The notes below the pieces were generated by a model that saw only the letters and a list, made by a program, of their open reading frames with translations, had not been told where the DNA came from and did no database searches. DNA of 63,872 nucleotides, the filler included, from Blastocystis sp. subtype 4 (taxonomy: Eukaryota): the NCBI RefSeq assembly GCF_000743755.1. It is 8 parts of 8 records of this genome, joined end to end, with 100 filler letters (N's around TTAATTAATTAA, not from the genome) between each part and the next. Parts side by side here need not be neighbours in the genome. Positions count along the whole stretch, not along the records: positions 57,439 to 63,872 come from NW_014569117.1; 7 more parts are not named here. One strand, given 5' to 3'. This document shows positions 63,599 through 63,872 of the stretch, piece after piece; within the stretch, counting starts at the first letter, position 1; each line of letters opens with the position of its first letter. The position numbers and the translations under genes are program-made.

Positions 63599-63872
63599 AT
63601 GAAAAGAACAATGCATATTGCTTCATTCAACAAGAAAGAAACAACTGAGTCTTCTTTCACTTTTATCTTGTTGTTCATTCGTTTATTCTATTGTATCAAC
63701 TTTTGTTTTTTGGCATTTGTTTTTCCTTTTCATGAGCTGGATCAAGCAATTCTACTGTTCTCTAGAGTATCCAATGATATATTGCATGGAAGACTTTCTT
63801 GGAGGACCTAAACCATTTCAAGTACGTTCTGCTGTCAATCTTCAAGTACAAGGTTATTTATGAACTAATGAT
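63599..63872 (+). CDS. possible 5' end of a membrane protein, runs off the window
   Basis: Hydrophobic ORFs in two frames; not resolved. Confidence 0.25.

Overview
Gene-dense, AT-rich eukaryotic nuclear DNA, most likely Blastocystis (inference). Evidence: ubiquitous ~30-nt GT-AG introns, TGTTTGTT 3'-end motifs, several genes whose stop codon appears to be completed by polyadenylation, and expanded Ig-like surface protein and MORN/LRR families. The window is eight contigs joined by 100-nt N-spacers carrying an artificial TTAATTAATTAA linker, so adjacency across gaps is not trustworthy. Most ORF-track entries are single exons or antisense noise, so gene models were rebuilt by hand and boundaries are approximate. 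Core genes: ELP5-like, eIF5B, Aurora-like kinase, stomatin, DMAP1/SWC4, Sec12, GRIP golgin, FCP1-like phosphatase, Vps54, NOL10, Nup205, Nup35, ARL2, clathrin light chain, BUD31, NF-YB, a dynamin, partial RPL11/RPL7/RPL12 and tRNA-Gly(GCC). Unusual content: a bacterial-type DyP peroxidase with an organellar presequence, a PurE-PurC fusion in reverse order to animal PAICS, an Smr protein ending in a CaaX box, and an accessory region (12.3-26 kb). That region holds giant Ig-like surface proteins, LRR genes built from symmetric exon cassettes with conserved introns and variable exon centres, and a decayed ORF resembling a Polinton/adintovirus minor capsid (penton) protein.
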